Assembly (NCBI RefSeq): GCF_033153115.1
Contig: NW_026889797.1
Location: 868,001-932,000 of the forward strand
DNA: 64,000 nucleotides
Source of the DNA: Saccostrea echinata
Lineage: Eukaryota
Direction: 5' to 3'
Part shown: one piece after another, positions 13,101-24,864 of the stretch
Layout of the letters: every line of letters begins with the position of its first letter
Position numbering within the stretch: the first letter of the stretch is position 1
Notes under the pieces: generated by a model
What the model was told of the DNA's origin: nothing
The model's database searches: none
The model's input: only the letters and a program-made list of their open reading frames with translations
Translations under genes and position numbers: made by a program

Positions 13101-16100
13101 AAGTATAGAAACGAGGCATTTTCAGCTGCATTTAGGCCAATTCACCCTTCTAAGTCTTACTGGCGCGTCCCATGAAATCCACGTATATTTCAGAGCTGTC
13201 CTCCCCAACAACAAACTGGCTACACTCAAGTTCGTTATGCTCGTCATGTCCCATTAAACCTAAGAGTTTACAGTTATAGTAGAACATGGCATGTTGTTCT
13301 TCCACATCCTTTCTTCAACTCAGCTTGTTGAATCGCCTTTCAAAACCCGCGCTTCAGAGGGTTTTGCGTTTTGATCGGAAATATCAGCTACTGGGTCCAC
13401 TGTTTCTAGCTTGAAAGAACCAAACTCGGTTCCAGTTGCATTGCCCATATATTCGGCACCATTCAAATTCAGAATTCACACAGACCCTCGGATGTGGCGT
13501 TTTCTTCTTCAATTTCATCACGTACCTGCGAAATTCAATATCCTCTTTGATAGCTCCGCATATGTTAGAAAAGTCTTAATCACCTAAAATCACCGGAGTT
13601 AAAAGTCAACAAATCTTCTAATACGTCCATCCTCTTCAACTCTATCTACGTAAATGACAAAACGCGCAGCAATGTTGGCAGAATATGACGAGGAATTAGC
13701 GAAATGGCCCGAAAGTTAAAAGAACCAATAAAATACCGACTGCAGAGGCGAAAAAATATAAAAGAATTGATCAAATTCTGAAGATACTTTTGCGGACTGT
13801 GTTACGGAAAACCACGATGTTTTGGCGACCTGCCTTACTTTCGCGGGCTGTGTTATGGAAAACCCCAATATTTTTTGGGAATTGTGTTAAATGATATATT
13901 CACATGCTGTTTTATGGAAATTTTTGGCAACAATATTTCGAGCTTTCTGTTTGATTCGTCGATACAAATCGGTTAAATTACATTTATCTCGTGAAGTATG
14001 GAGGGGGGCGGACACTCCTTTGCTTCTCAAAATCCATGATATATCCATGATACACTAGAAAAAAATGTACCTTAAGGGCATACGCAACGTACCTTACCTA
14101 CTGATAATTTTTCAAGATATTCTTAATTTACGATTATAGTGCCATCAGCTGTTCGTCGACAAAAATTCAGCATGCTTTACCAGGGGTTTTGAATAGATAT
14201 CAATTGATGAAAATTCTTGTATAATTCAAAGAAAAAATACACAAAAATTACTAAACACATATTTTAGATGTTTTGTTTATCCAAACTTGTTTTAGAAGAA
14301 GTGTACAACAGCATATATAGACATACAGATGTAGTACACAATTCCTTTAATTATTGGAACTCTTCAACTCCAGTGAAAAAGACAATAAAGTTCAAACTAC
14401 ATTGCGTATGTCCTTAACTATAACTTACCACATTAATAGGTTGAATTATATTCTTACAATATCATAGGTTTTATAGGTTTTCCTGATGTAGTTGAATGTG
14501 AAACATTACATTTACCTCATTTAGTTACAGTCTATCCTTTTGGCCAAGACTTGAACAAACATAAATCTTACAAAGAATATGCATTTATATCCACATGACA
14601 ATTGATTCTTAGATGTTCTCTCAAAGGAATAAAAAGGTTCTTAATTAAAATAATGGGTCATATTATTGATTATTATTTATTCTATAGGTAGACATGTGAT
14701 AATGCTTTTCATCATGGTTTATGTACAAGTGTATGCTACGTCTCATGAAAAATTTTATATAACTTTCACTGACAAAATGCACTAATGAAAACTTTGAAAC
14801 TGAAAATGATATAAGTCTAACAAAGATACATAAATGTTATTACGAAGGACCCATGGACCACATCGCTCACCTGAACACATTGGTTGGAAAGAAGCAGAAA
14901 TCAGTTAAGTATTGAACGGTAGGTTGGGGTAAACTATAGTTTTCACTACCTCAGGATGATTCCATATCAATATTACTTATCTTGGCTTTCCTGTTCTTAA
15001 ATCGAAGAATTTTAAAGATTTTTTTCTTTCTCACCGTTCACTATAGCTCAGTCGGTAGAGCGCTCGCTCCGTAATCGGGAGGTCGTGAGTTCGAATCTCG
15101 GCCGCGACTGACCTAAGTCGATGAAAAAATGGGTAGCAACTGTTCCTTCGCCATGCGCTCGGCACTTTGAAGTGAAAGTTGCGGCCCCGTCCTACTAACC
15201 CTAAATTTGAAAAAAAAAAAAAATGAATCTACACTACTTGAGGATGATTCTGTAATAATATGACTTATCATGGCTTTGCCGTTCCTGAACTAAATATTTT
15301 TTTTCAAGATGATTGCTAAATATTCTTATGCAAAAATAAGACCCTCTGTTGCCCCCCCCCCCTAAAAAATTAATTCTACTATACCATAAGTTGCCTCTGT
15401 ATAAATATGACTAATAATGGCTTTGTTGTTTTTGAGAAGAAGATTTTTAAAGATATTTCCTATGTAAGATGTATGATAAGGTTCTTACAAGTGATATATA
15501 GGTTTTCTTTTTACTCGATCTGAGTTAATGATTAGAATGATTATTAAGACACCTCTGTTTGAGGGTATATAACACAGTACTTAAATTTTCTCTTATCTAG
15601 AGTGAGTAAGGTACCACTAGCACCGTGTGTCTAGATTCCCATTGATAGATAAGAACCGGGTGTCTCAATCTTATTCAGGTTTACTACACCTAGAACTGAA
15701 CATCAATCCCTTAGAATATTTGCCACTGGTGTTTATAGCTTTTGCACTTTTATTTCTTTCTTTCCCTTAAGGTTTTCCATCCCCAATAGGACCAAATTCT
15801 CTGTCCTCGAATGTCTATCACGTACATGATACTCTGATATTAATTTAAAGCACTACTTAGTAGAAAAGAACTTACCAAGAGAAAGTTTCAAAAATGCAAT
15901 AAACTTAGCAGTAACTATTTAACAAAGAATGCATTAAAGTCTATGGTGACAAGCAAGTTCTTTTAAAAATAAAACTTCAAATAATATCAATAAATATTGT
16001 GGTGTAAAGATGCATTAAAACATTAGAAATAGAATGACAATAGAAAACGATTTTGTTTATTAATTAAAAACAGAGAGAGATTACTCTTATCACAATTTAA

Positions 16101-18198
16101 TGCCATAAATTAGGACACATCTCATCCCTATATACTTATGGTAATAAATAGGAACTGTGTCTAAATATATGTAGTATTAAACCCCCTTCAGATCTATTAT
16201 GTATTCAATTTCAATGAATCTGTTGCTCTTAGGGATGTAATACCTTAACTTCTGAATTGCTGATTTAACATTTTACTTTTTCAGCTAGCTTCTGAATGCC
16301 TAATTTTCGAAAAGCTTTGCCTTACATACCCTTTGGTTTTGCTAGTCCATTCCAAGGGTTGTCAGGTCACAAGTTTTCCACTATTTGAAGTTTCAAAAAG
16401 GGTTTTACTCAAATGCCCCAAAACCATTATACCTATATATTCCTATGTAAAACTTTGACCAACTGTTTTTGCCCTGCTCTAACGCGAGGGTTCATGAATT
16501 GAACAAACTTGAATCTACACTACCTGAGATTACTTCTAGATTTGTATCAATATGACTGATAATGTCTTAAATGTCTTGAGAAGAAGATTTTTAAAATATA
16601 TTTCGTATATATAACTGTGGTAAATGTTGACCCCTGTTGGCTCTGCCCTACCCCCATGGGTCATGATTGGAACTAACTTGAATCGACACTACCTGAGGAT
16701 AATTCTATCATAACATGACTAATCATGGCTTTGCTGTTCTCGAGAAGATATTTAAAGCCATTCCCTATATATCCCTATGTAAAACTTAAACCCCCTCTTG
16801 CGGCCCCGCCCTTCCCCCGGGGGTTATGGTATGAACACACTGGAATCTAGAGTATGTAATTACGTTTTCACATGTCAAGATTCATCTTTTCTTGCCCAAT
16901 GGTTCTTGAAGATTTTTAAAAGATGACACCAAATTTTTACTAATTTTTAATTATCTCCCCTTAAAAGAGGGCGCGGCACTTCCGTTGAGCAAACTTTCCT
17001 TCCCCAAAGAATGTTTGGTGTCAAGTTTGGTTGAAATCGGCCTTGTGGCTCTTAGGAAGAAGTCGAAAATGTGATAAGTTTACAGACGACAGACCGATGC
17101 TGGGGACTCTTTGATCAGTAAAGCTCACTTGAGCATTCGGCTCAAGTGAGTTAATAACGATCAGAATTAGCTTTGTTGTCAAAAACAGAAGAATACAGCC
17201 AAGCAATAACCTTTCTTGAACTATCAAACATGTAAATTCTGTAGAAATTTAATTGCATAAAGATAATCGTTTAAATAATTAGAAATACCTTTTTACAGCA
17301 ACAATAGAACTTAGTCCCCATGTTAATTACTACGTAAGATTGTTTAATGTAGCTCAGGAAGAGATTTTTTTTTTTTTTAAATAAAAAAATTAACCATTGT
17401 CATTTTTATTCTCAGATTGTTTGCAATTGGGTCATTCCAAGTTTTTTCTATGTTTAGCGTCCACCCATCTTTCAAAAACCTACCTACCTATTCGCAAAAA
17501 ACACACAAGCCAAATAATAAAACACAGACAATATAGTCTTTAAAATGACGTATGTCATTTAAAGCATTTGACTTCATAAATCTATTATTCTCGTAGAAAG
17601 ATCTATTCTTTAGCAAAAGTAAGGTATTAAATGTTTAAAATATACCTAATATCACACATTGTAGACAGATACTTAGAGAAACTGATAGAATTTAAAGATT
17701 TTGACCAGAATAATCAGTTTCAGGACTCCTGATTTTGTTTGTTTTTTCTAATATGGGGTGTCAAAAACCAAGGCGCACGTGGACGCTAAACATAAAAAAA
17801 AAACTTGGAATGGCCTTGGTAGTAAATGAGTCAATAGAAAACCATTGAGATAAGGTTCCAGGTGTTCAGGTTATTGAAGGTATATTCAAATTAGAACCAT
17901 AATTTTATTCGTCCTGAAATTTGTTTTAGGACAGACGGAAAAAAATATCAAGGTTTTTACAATGCAATAAACAATTTTACGTACATCTGATATCGTATTC
18001 TTAAAAACAAATATCTTTACTTGTAAAATGTTACATCTTTGTGTCTATGGATATGAAATAAAACATTTAAATTTTAAACGGTCTTACACTTAAACTAAGA
18101 TAATTTTTTTTCAATAAAAACCTTGAAATCATACCTTGCCCATGTGTAAAATCTTTTGCATAAATCAAAACATATATCACTATGCTCTTCAGCGCCAT
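945..18198 (-). CDS. Gene A: spliced single-pass receptor (signal peptide, F-type lectin/F5-8-like domain, 5 EGF-like exons, TM, ITAM-like tail); MEGF10/SREC-like family, about 504 aa
   Basis: Ten GT-AG exons join into one stop-free 1515-nt frame: 18198-18135, 10936-10709, 10335-10081, 7712-7584, 7292-7155, 7019-6879, 4266-4129, 4016-3876, 3670-3559, 1113-945. More exons could be hidden in the gap at 6049-6190. Confidence 0.88.
3559..3670 (-). CDS. Gene A transmembrane exon
   Basis: AG/GT bounded; QTEEESVWQSRFYGTLGTFFVLFTANVFIIAYVFLKR, a hydrophobic helix followed by basic residues. Confidence 0.85.
3876..4016 (-). CDS. Gene A EGF-like exon 5
   Basis: 141 nt, phase 1-1, CLIGKYGNNCSENCSVNCVEPRRCYGTTGECQRGCLQGWEGIRCDK. 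Confidence 0.9.
4129..4266 (-). CDS. Gene A EGF-like exon 4
   Basis: 138 nt, phase 1-1, CNDGRYGQKCADRCGTCLGYKQCHHINGSCLEGCDAGFIGEFCTT. Confidence 0.9.
4922..6436. mobile_element. MITE-like element with ~130-bp inverted arms, spanning an assembly gap
   Basis: 4922-5052 is the approximate reverse complement of 6304-6436 (tacgaaa.cccagaaggctcat...aactaaccaatcaaaaggc...ttactcccc); no TSD identified. Confidence 0.55.
6879..7019 (-). CDS. Gene A EGF-like exon 3
   Basis: 141 nt, phase 1-1, CSVGKFGYNCESYCSDKCGVPHRCNRATGECDGGCQSGWKGLQCSE. Confidence 0.9.
7155..7292 (-). CDS. Gene A EGF-like exon 2
   Basis: 138 nt, phase 1-1, CNGGTYGQDCADRCGACLDYKQCHHSNGSCLEGCDAGYVGNLCEL (inside ORF 7123-7368). Confidence 0.9.
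   Translation of the reverse strand, partial: NAMAAHMDRIVQIDVEPVSIINNVITAMVHALRVVTLDMLEIFVN
7584..7712 (-). CDS. Gene A EGF-like exon 1
   Basis: 129 nt, phase 1-1, CISGYYGSTCSLPCPVNCRYCHIETGECQWCEPGYQGYQCKF; same length as the gene B counterpart. Confidence 0.9.
7780..8248 (+). mobile_element. Degenerate 3' part of a Penelope-like retroelement RT; split by the mariner, resumes at about 9619-9730
   Basis: Broken translation LYDKQDDFSLSIMNFPYLYNNIP resembles the C-terminal part of bivalve Penelope-like RTs; related to the copies at 23150-23480 and 55840-56660. Confidence 0.6.
8251..9616 (-). mobile_element. Decayed mariner (Tc1/mariner) transposon
   Basis: ~29-bp imperfect TIRs (cgagagttgtccgttaagttcgtggacca / rc cgagggttgtccgtagagttcgcggacaa); TA at the right flank, TG at the left; transposase fragments with ICARWVP and SPDLARMDF mariner motifs; frameshifted and internally deleted. 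Confidence 0.9.
10081..10335 (-). CDS. Gene A lectin-like domain exon 2
   Basis: 255 nt, phase 1-1, ASNLHTSRFLGFYVYISNTT...CFHD...CPVHGQYVIYYNER...LCEVEVL; LCEVEV is the typical end of an F-type lectin/FTP fold. Confidence 0.92.
10709..10936 (-). CDS. Gene A lectin-like domain exon 1
   Basis: 228 nt, NVALNNPTWQS...SSNAVDG...CAIS...WWVNL...IYYRTD; FTP/F5-8 hallmarks. Confidence 0.92.
11698..12759. mobile_element. Non-autonomous TIR element (MITE-like)
   Basis: 35-bp inverted repeats at 11698-11732 and 12725-12759 with 3 mismatches; non-coding interior; true ends and TSD not resolved. Confidence 0.6.
14076..14413. mobile_element. MITE with TTAA target duplication (Kolobok-like)
   Basis: TTAA|gggcatacgcaacgta ... 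tacattgcgtatgtcc|TTAA; GG-starting TIRs. Confidence 0.75.
15033..15184 (+). mobile_element. tRNA-derived SINE, 5' part only
   Basis: A box tagctcagtcgg and B box gttcgaatc, then body sequence matching the full copy at 36184-36535. Confidence 0.85.
15463..16431. mobile_element. Probable solo LTR (Gypsy-like)
   Basis: 969-bp insert splits a satellite unit; ends TGTAA...TTATA (one change from TTACA); flanked by a 4-bp direct repeat CCTA; contains AATAAA. Confidence 0.55.
17430..17815. mobile_element. MITE
   Basis: ~35-bp TIRs ggtcattccaagttttttctatgtttagcgtccac / gtggacgctaaacataaaaaaaaacttggaatggcc; possible 3-bp TSD TTG. Confidence 0.75.
18135..18198 (-). CDS. Gene A first coding exon (signal peptide)
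   Basis: ATG...G|GTATGA, 64 nt, MALKSIVIYVLIYAKDFTHGQ; same length and phase as gene B exon 1, with 8 of 21 residues identical. Confidence 0.8.
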
Positions 18199-18589
18199 GA
18201 TCCGTAAATATCTACAATCTTTAAGGAAATGTGGAAATGGGAGTAAGTGATGTGACTTTCTCTTTTCTCGTGTGATCATCAACCATATCAAAAATCACAA
18301 AATAAAAGAAGGCTTTACTTTGAGAATCTATTTAAAACAGATTTAAAACAGATACTGCTTTTTCAATGTACTGGTGTTCAAGGATATAAGCGACAGCCTT
18401 AGTCTTAACGGAAGTGATTTTTTGAATGGCTTACATTTCTTGCAGATATTCAAAGGAGGAAAAAAAGTTTAATGTATATTATTTGTCTTTAAAAAATGAT
18501 AAACGGTATCCAATTCCTGTATCAGTTAATATATAACATGTTTTGACATTAAACTGTTGTTCTTGTATTGGCAATTTTTTTTCTTCTGT

Positions 18590-18620
<31 letters not shown>

Positions 18621-18926
18621 GGGGGGGGATTGAGTTGGGGCATTGTTTTGTTTTCCGTTTGTTTGTTTGTTTGTTTTTTACTTATTGGGATTTCGAACAT
18701 TACTAGCATCAAGCAACACGTTTTACGTGTTTCATCAGAATGTAAAATTAAAACAAATATTTAAATTATTACTGTAGGGGAAAATAAGGAGTATTTGACA
18801 TTAGCTAAGAATGCAAAAATATCCAAATTGCTTGTCTATTTGCTAAGACGTCTTTCGATTCCCATACAAACATGGAAATTAAAGATGCCTCTCCTACATT
18901 GAAAATTGAACATAAAAATAGTGGAT

Positions 18927-18982
18927 TGATTGATTATTATTGTTTAACGCCGAGTCGGCAATATTTCAGCCATATTTCGGCG
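18927..18982 (-). mobile_element. 56-bp 5'-truncated retroposon (SINE tail)
   Basis: gttaaacaataataatcaatca tail on the minus strand; perfect 15-bp TSD ataaaaatagtggat at 18912-18926 and 18983-18997. Confidence 0.7.
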
Positions 18983-19253
18983 ATAAAAATAGTGGATAGT
19001 TCGATACTAATAGTGGATAGTTCGATACTAATTTAAAAGGGTATTCTGGTTAGGAATTAATTAAAGAGTTCTGAATTTTATAAAAATTAAATACAAACAA
19101 TTTTGTTTACATTTCCAATAAATTTCCCCTATGATTCTTTACCAAATAGATAACAGTTCATTTTCTCATGAACTACCATGGATGAGCATGAATATCTCCA
19201 TTGTTACGTGAAAATACCCTACTTGACGTCAAACAGAAAAAATAATATAAATA

Positions 19254-19408
19254 TAAGAGATGAATTTAATTTTTGAAAATTCATGAGGTACATGAACTAC
19301 AACGCTTCACATCTGCATATTTATCACGAAGCGCTTCATGAAATATGCCGGCGTGAAGCGTCGTAATTCATGTCCTCACGAATCTTCAAAAATTAAATTC
19401 GTTTCTTA
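19254..19408. repeat. 155-bp imperfect palindrome (hairpin element)
   Basis: taagagatgaatttaatttttgaa...gaagcgcttc...ttcaaaaattaaattcgtttctta folds back along its whole length. Confidence 0.8.
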
Positions 19409-22121
19409 AAACGAATCCCTACACCGTTCAAAACACAACGTATCAGGTTTAGAATGATTTAATTACGCAGCGAAACGCATTGCAAGTTCGGACTATTCAT
19501 TTCACATCATATCAAAAAACAATAAATTTGACTGCCAGTCATTCATGTAATATATATAGATTCATGTTTATAAATCAGATTTTTTATAATTAAAAATAAA
19601 TTGAGGAAATACGTCAACTAATTATGATAATTTGTACTCTACAATGCCAATAATAAGTAGAATATCTTCAAATTAACCGAAAGAAATGAACTGAAAAATA
19701 TACATATTAAGGACTGATTCAAAAGAATAAGAGAAAAAACAATTTCTTAATGATAAAAATCCATACAAAAAAGGGTTAAAAAAAAACAGGAAAGTTGATT
19801 ATTCTGTTGTGGTCAAATATTTTTTTCCATTGAAAATAGACAAATATCGAGAATAAATGTCATGAAAAAATAAACGCATTACTATACGTTATATAATGAT
19901 GAATAAATAACTTAAAAGGAGATTAGCTTTCGCAGATTTTGGAATATGAATATGAATCCTAACCCCCCACCCCCCCCCCACCCCAAGTAAAATGTTTCAA
20001 TAATAGAGCATGGTTTATGTTTTTCCAATTCCTCGGCCATTTGTACCTTACTCCCCCCCCCCCCCCCCCCCAAACATTCAAACATGAAGTTTGACAATAA
20101 AAATGCGATTTTAAAATATTCTTAATAATATTTAAACTTAAGTCTAACAGAATTGCAGAGAACTGCTTTGAAACAATGCATTTAATATGATTTTGAAGTA
20201 TTAAAAGCAAACAGTGAACATTTTTGTGACATGTTAATGCTCTTTTAGGACATCGAAAGTGGCGGCAAAGCAGGTGCTTTCTGTCAATAACATGATAGAT
20301 CAGTTGGTAGAGCTGATAAGGTCTTGGGTTTGTGTCCAATCTCTATTTGTCATCCTTTAAAACACATTCTCTCTTGATAAATATGTAACTAATATTATAA
20401 CATGGACTGGATTGACGTTCAAGGAATCCAACTTATGCATCTAGGCTTGTGCATTAGAGTGAAAGGTACATTGTAATTCTGAAATATGATAGTCTTGTAA
20501 GTTTACTCATTAGCATGTCAAATATTTTTTTTACACCTCTTAAATTTTGTTGATAGGTTTTGAGTTCAATTTGGTTCACTTTTGGCGATCCATTATATAA
20601 ATATATACATAATTAAAACAACTGATTTTGATGTCTATTTTGTGAATAAAAATATATCTAAAAAAAAAAAAACTATTACAGTGACAACAATAAACTGTAA
20701 GAATGGACTACAAGGATTTTTGTATAATAAGTGTTTTTGAGTAAATATCGGTCTTTATTTTTATTTTTTTTTTTACCCCCATGATATTTACACAATTTAT
20801 TAAGTATTGGTTATCATTATTTATGTTTTAAATACGATCTAGGAATCTAAGAAGATTGAGGCTTAAGCTCCTTTAAGCTTGAATGAGAATAAGTGAAATG
20901 AGAAAAAAAAAATACTCAAGCCGATTAGGTATTTTTAAAACTCGTTTTGCATTAACCGTAAGTAATGCAATTGGAAAGCTGCACTTTAGCCACGAGGAAG
21001 TTGTTAATGCAAACATTAAATAAGAATAACTTTTTTCCCTTTTACATTTGCAAAATAAACAGATCAAATGAATTTGTGTTGACACATGACTACCATCGAA
21101 ATAAAAAGAGCTTGTTGATAAAGATTTATCTTATATCTTTTTAGGGAAACAATTAAGTAAATTAAGTGAGTAAAATTTTATGCGTTGTAACTGCAAACTT
21201 GATATACAACAAAAATTGTACCCCTTTTAATAGAAAAAATGATCATTTAATCTATGAAGTGAGTTAGCACAGAACATAATAAAAATGAAATATTTATTAA
21301 AAAATATACTCTCTGTACGCTTTCCAAGGGATGATCTCCTGTAGATAAAGCAAAGCAAACTATGCAATAAACTTCAACTGCAAACCAGTCCTCAATCTAA
21401 GAAAACTACATACGAATAGCCTTAACATGCGTTGTTTGTATGGTGTATATTAACGGAGAAAATTGGGCAGAGAAATGTATTCATAAATATGGATAGGAAA
21501 AAAAAAGTATTGGAAGTAATGATAGACTTTGACCTCATCAGTTTGATTTAGATGTGATTGCTATTCCAAATTAAATTGTTAAGTGCCAATTTTTTTTTTA
21601 AATGATAAAAAAAAAAGTTTTTTTCTTTCAGCAAAAAAGAAAAAAAAGTAAAAAACCGTGTGATAATATTTTCTTATAATGTGGTAAAGGCACTCTTGTA
21701 ACAAAAACGGAAATATGATATCAGAATGTAGTTGTGATATAATAGAAGGTATTTATTTATTTATTTATTTTTTTTTGTTGTTGTTGTTTTAGTTTAGTTT
21801 AAGGAAGGAAGAATAATCACGAGGAAATACAAATATTTTTTGTCAACTATTCGCGATAAATACATGTAATCGGATATTTTTATTCTCTGTGAATTTTGAA
21901 AGAAAAGAGGTATGGGAAAAGGCATCGAAAATATAAAAAAGCTGACAAGATCTTTTTTTAAAGCAAAAATATTCGGAATGACCAACTCTTATAGTTTTCA
22001 ATTACATTTACACATATGCCTACCCATTAGGAGAGGTGAAATTTGACATAAATTTAGTTTGGCGTATAGACGCGTTCTTTAATGAAACGCAAATCTTTCT
22101 GCTTTTCTCAATTTTACACAG

Positions 22122-22448
22122 TAGCCCGCGTGGGGTAGTGGTTAGAGCGTTTGCTCTAAAGTCGCGGTGTAAGGCGTTGATTCTTACGTCGCAGGTTCGA
22201 ATTCCACTGCTGGAGGTGAAGGCCGGTCATTGGGAAGAGACTGTATAAACCGAGGTCCCGTGTTGCAGTAGGTGCTGGCACGAAAAAGATCCCTCACTGC
22301 TAAATAGCCCTAAGTTATTTGTATAATATTGTATAATATTCCGAGTATAGGTCAAAATTTGTAGTCCATCACCCGGCAGGTGCTTGCGTCTCCATATAAG
22401 TAAAAAATTCTCGAGAGGAACGTTAAACAACAAACAAACAAACAAAAA
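22122..22448 (+). mobile_element. Full-length tRNA-derived SINE (second family)
   Basis: tRNA-like head (gtagtggttagagcg...ggttcgaattcc), (AAAC)n tail, 13-bp TSD caattttac(a/g)cag. Confidence 0.85.
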
Positions 22449-22648
22449 CAATTTTACGCAGGGGTAGAGGTACATAATGGCGTAGGGCATTTAATTGAAC
22501 GGGCTAATGGTTGAAAAACCTAACAAAGGTAAACTTTCTTTGTTGATTTTAAGATAGATAATATATATTCAGTTTTTGTTGATATGAAAGAAGATAGATA
22601 ACAGCCAATGTAATTTATTTCCTGATATATGTTATTTTTTTTCTGGAT

Positions 22649-22712
22649 ATGGCGACGATAAATATTGCAATATATTTTTTACCCTATATTATAGGATGTA
22701 CACTTTGGTATG
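22649..22712 (+). CDS. Gene B signal-peptide exon
   Basis: MATINIAIYFLPYIIGCTLWY G|GTAAG, phase 1, joins to (A)NIALSKP. Confidence 0.78.
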
Positions 22713-23149
22713 GTAAGCACTCGTGATTTTAATTTTAACAATTATTTATACTGACTGATATCAAACAATGATAAAACATTTTGGCTTCACAAAGTTTTCA
22801 ATAGAATATTTGGATGACAATGGATACACACTTTGTGATTCAAACTTAGCGTGAAGGTGTGCCATAAAGTTTTATCTGGGATGATCCTGCAAGTATATGT
22901 ATATTTGATCTCATGGCAGTTCAGGCATCAGTGGATGTTTATTACCAATAAAATTGTTCATATGTATATATCATCAAACAAATCAAAAACTAAACAATTA
23001 TGTCTGAAATAAGTAACTTTTCTTCAATGGAACAAGAACATTTGTTTCAAATTGCAGTTATATAATTCAAATCTCTTGTAAGTAAATATTATCATAACGT
23101 ACAGAAACAACATAACTCTATGAAGATTGATTTCCCCTGTTGAAAGAAA

Positions 23150-23480
23150 GCATTGGAGTCTGATGAGTGTATATTGTAAAAGGTAGAGATAAGGAGCAGT
23201 GATCGATCTAAAGAAAAAAACCCATAAACAATACAAATATGTAAAGAGGGCGTAAAACATGGACCCGTGGAAATTCCAGAGATGGGATAAGATGCTTAGG
23301 AGGAATAAGCATCCCCTGTTGACATGTCACACCTGCCGTGAGCCCTATGTGTTGAAAAGGTATATGGAACTATCTGTAGTCAATTCAGTACAAAAACAAA
23401 GACCTAACAAATGGTATGAAATAAATCAGCCAAAATACGACCAAATGACAGGTTATATTTGCTAATAAGGTCAAGTGTAA
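23150..23480 (-). mobile_element. 3' fragment of a Penelope-like retroelement
   Basis: Reverse complement contains ggtgtgacatgtcaacaggggatgcttattcctcctaagcatcttatcccatc, similar to 8170-8225 and 56520-56575. Confidence 0.5.
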
Positions 23481-24308
23481 GTAAACAACACCATAATAGT
23501 GAGCACGTGGAACATTAAAACATTGACAAACATTTACATAATTGGATTTTAACTCTATTATTTCCCTTAAAACCATGAAATAATTAAATTTTCTTTTCGG
23601 ACTCCTTGACTATTGTTTCTTCTAGTAGCGATACCATCGCATTGAACTTATAAACAGAAATAATATTAAAAAAAAATATTGCTATAAATTAGGAGATATA
23701 GCATTGATATACACCCTTGCACTTCATGAAGAAAGAATCTTGAAAATCGGCGTTCATCGAACAATGAAGACAGGGAGCTATTATAATCATTAACACGCAA
23801 GGATTCTTATGATTAGCAGTTACAAATAACCATGCCACTGATTCCTTCGTTCACTTCAGAGTCATAAAGTAAATCTTATTTTGCTTTTATTCCTTAAAAA
23901 AAAAAAGCTAATTATGTACAAATATGCTAATACTGAAAAATATATCGTTGGTCTCCGATGTTGAAATCCTAACTTGGACTCGGAACTTGTATGGATCATG
24001 GCAAGTGGCTATTGAATGTTCAATATGAAAGACGCATTTTATTTATAAAATACAATACAAATATCTGGGTTTTTTGGTCATAGAATTAAGCTAAGAAAAT
24101 ATATGTAGCCTTATAACTTTTTTAATCATCAAGTTTAGCTTGTTTGATGCACCGGTAACGGTATTCTGATATGCATATTGTAGCATATACTTTACATACA
24201 TGTATATTACAGAATTTAAGAATTGATTCTCATGTCATATTTAATGCTACCTTGTTGTACGATTTAATAATTACCAATACTAAATGGGGATTTTTTTTTT
24301 TATTTCAG

Positions 24309-24542
24309 CAAATATAGCTTTGAGTAAACCAACGCATCAATCATTTCAGTATAATCCAGGAGATAGTAGATTCCAATCCAGTAAGGCTGTGGATGGACTG
24401 AGGACTGACCTCAGTGCATGGGGAGGACAGTGTGCAATATCAGCTGGGGGCCAGAGAACTGCAACCTGGTGGGTAAATCTTCAATCAATCTACACCATTC
24501 ATGATATAAGGATCTATTACAGGACAGATAATGTTGTATGGG
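24309..24542 (+). CDS. Gene B lectin-like exon 1
   Basis: tttcag acceptor, G|GTAAGT donor; NIALSKPTHQS...AVDG...CAISAGG...WWVNL...YYRTDNVVW. Confidence 0.9.
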
Positions 24543-24864
24543 GTAAGTGCATTTTCTACTGGAAATTAAATTTGGATCATCGTTTTAAAATAGGCAATCA
24601 GAAGTTAGAAGGTTATTCCCTATTCCCTATTGACTAATCGAATGGCAAACCGGATGCTGCTACCGGTTCCCTATTCAAATTACCGTAAGTGTCCTAATAT
24701 TTTTTTTTTTTTAAACTTGAATAACTCATTATAATACATTTTAAAGTAGCACATCAAAGACATCACTTAAAAAGGAAGAGTGAGGACCCCAAACCAATGT
24801 GGCTAGCCTGAACAAAATGATGGCAATGGATGGAAAAGGTAAACCTTGATCCAGGAGCTGGTTA

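Larger units (their letters stand above)
14840..17157 (+). mobile_element. Helentron-associated non-autonomous element (HINE-like) with Cg170/HindIII-like ~166-170-bp central repeats; interrupted by a SINE fragment and a solo LTR
   Basis: 5' box cccatggaccacatcgctcacctga; repeated gaatctacactacctgag units (near 15225, 16511, 16680, 16843); 3' hairpin gctcacttgagcattcggctcaagtgag; family assignment is from recall of oyster repeats. Confidence 0.75.

Noticed and set aside
13060-13930. Coding-like stretch followed by three ctgtgttacggaaaac-like repeats
   Set aside because: Probably a transposon relic, but no motif, matching terminus or TSD could be established.
15033-15106. tRNA gene
   Set aside because: The A and B boxes run directly into SINE body sequence shared with 36184-36535, so this is a SINE head. 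The tRNA-like heads at 22122 and 36460-36535 are likewise parts of TSD-flanked SINEs.
15876-15934. Candidate signal-peptide exon for gene A
   Set aside because: It needs a frameshift and lies inside the probable solo LTR; 18135-18198 is intact and homologous to gene B exon 1.
945-18198. Assigning the symbol MEGF10 or MEGF11
   Set aside because: There is no EMI domain or NPxY motif and far fewer EGF repeats; similarity is at family level only.
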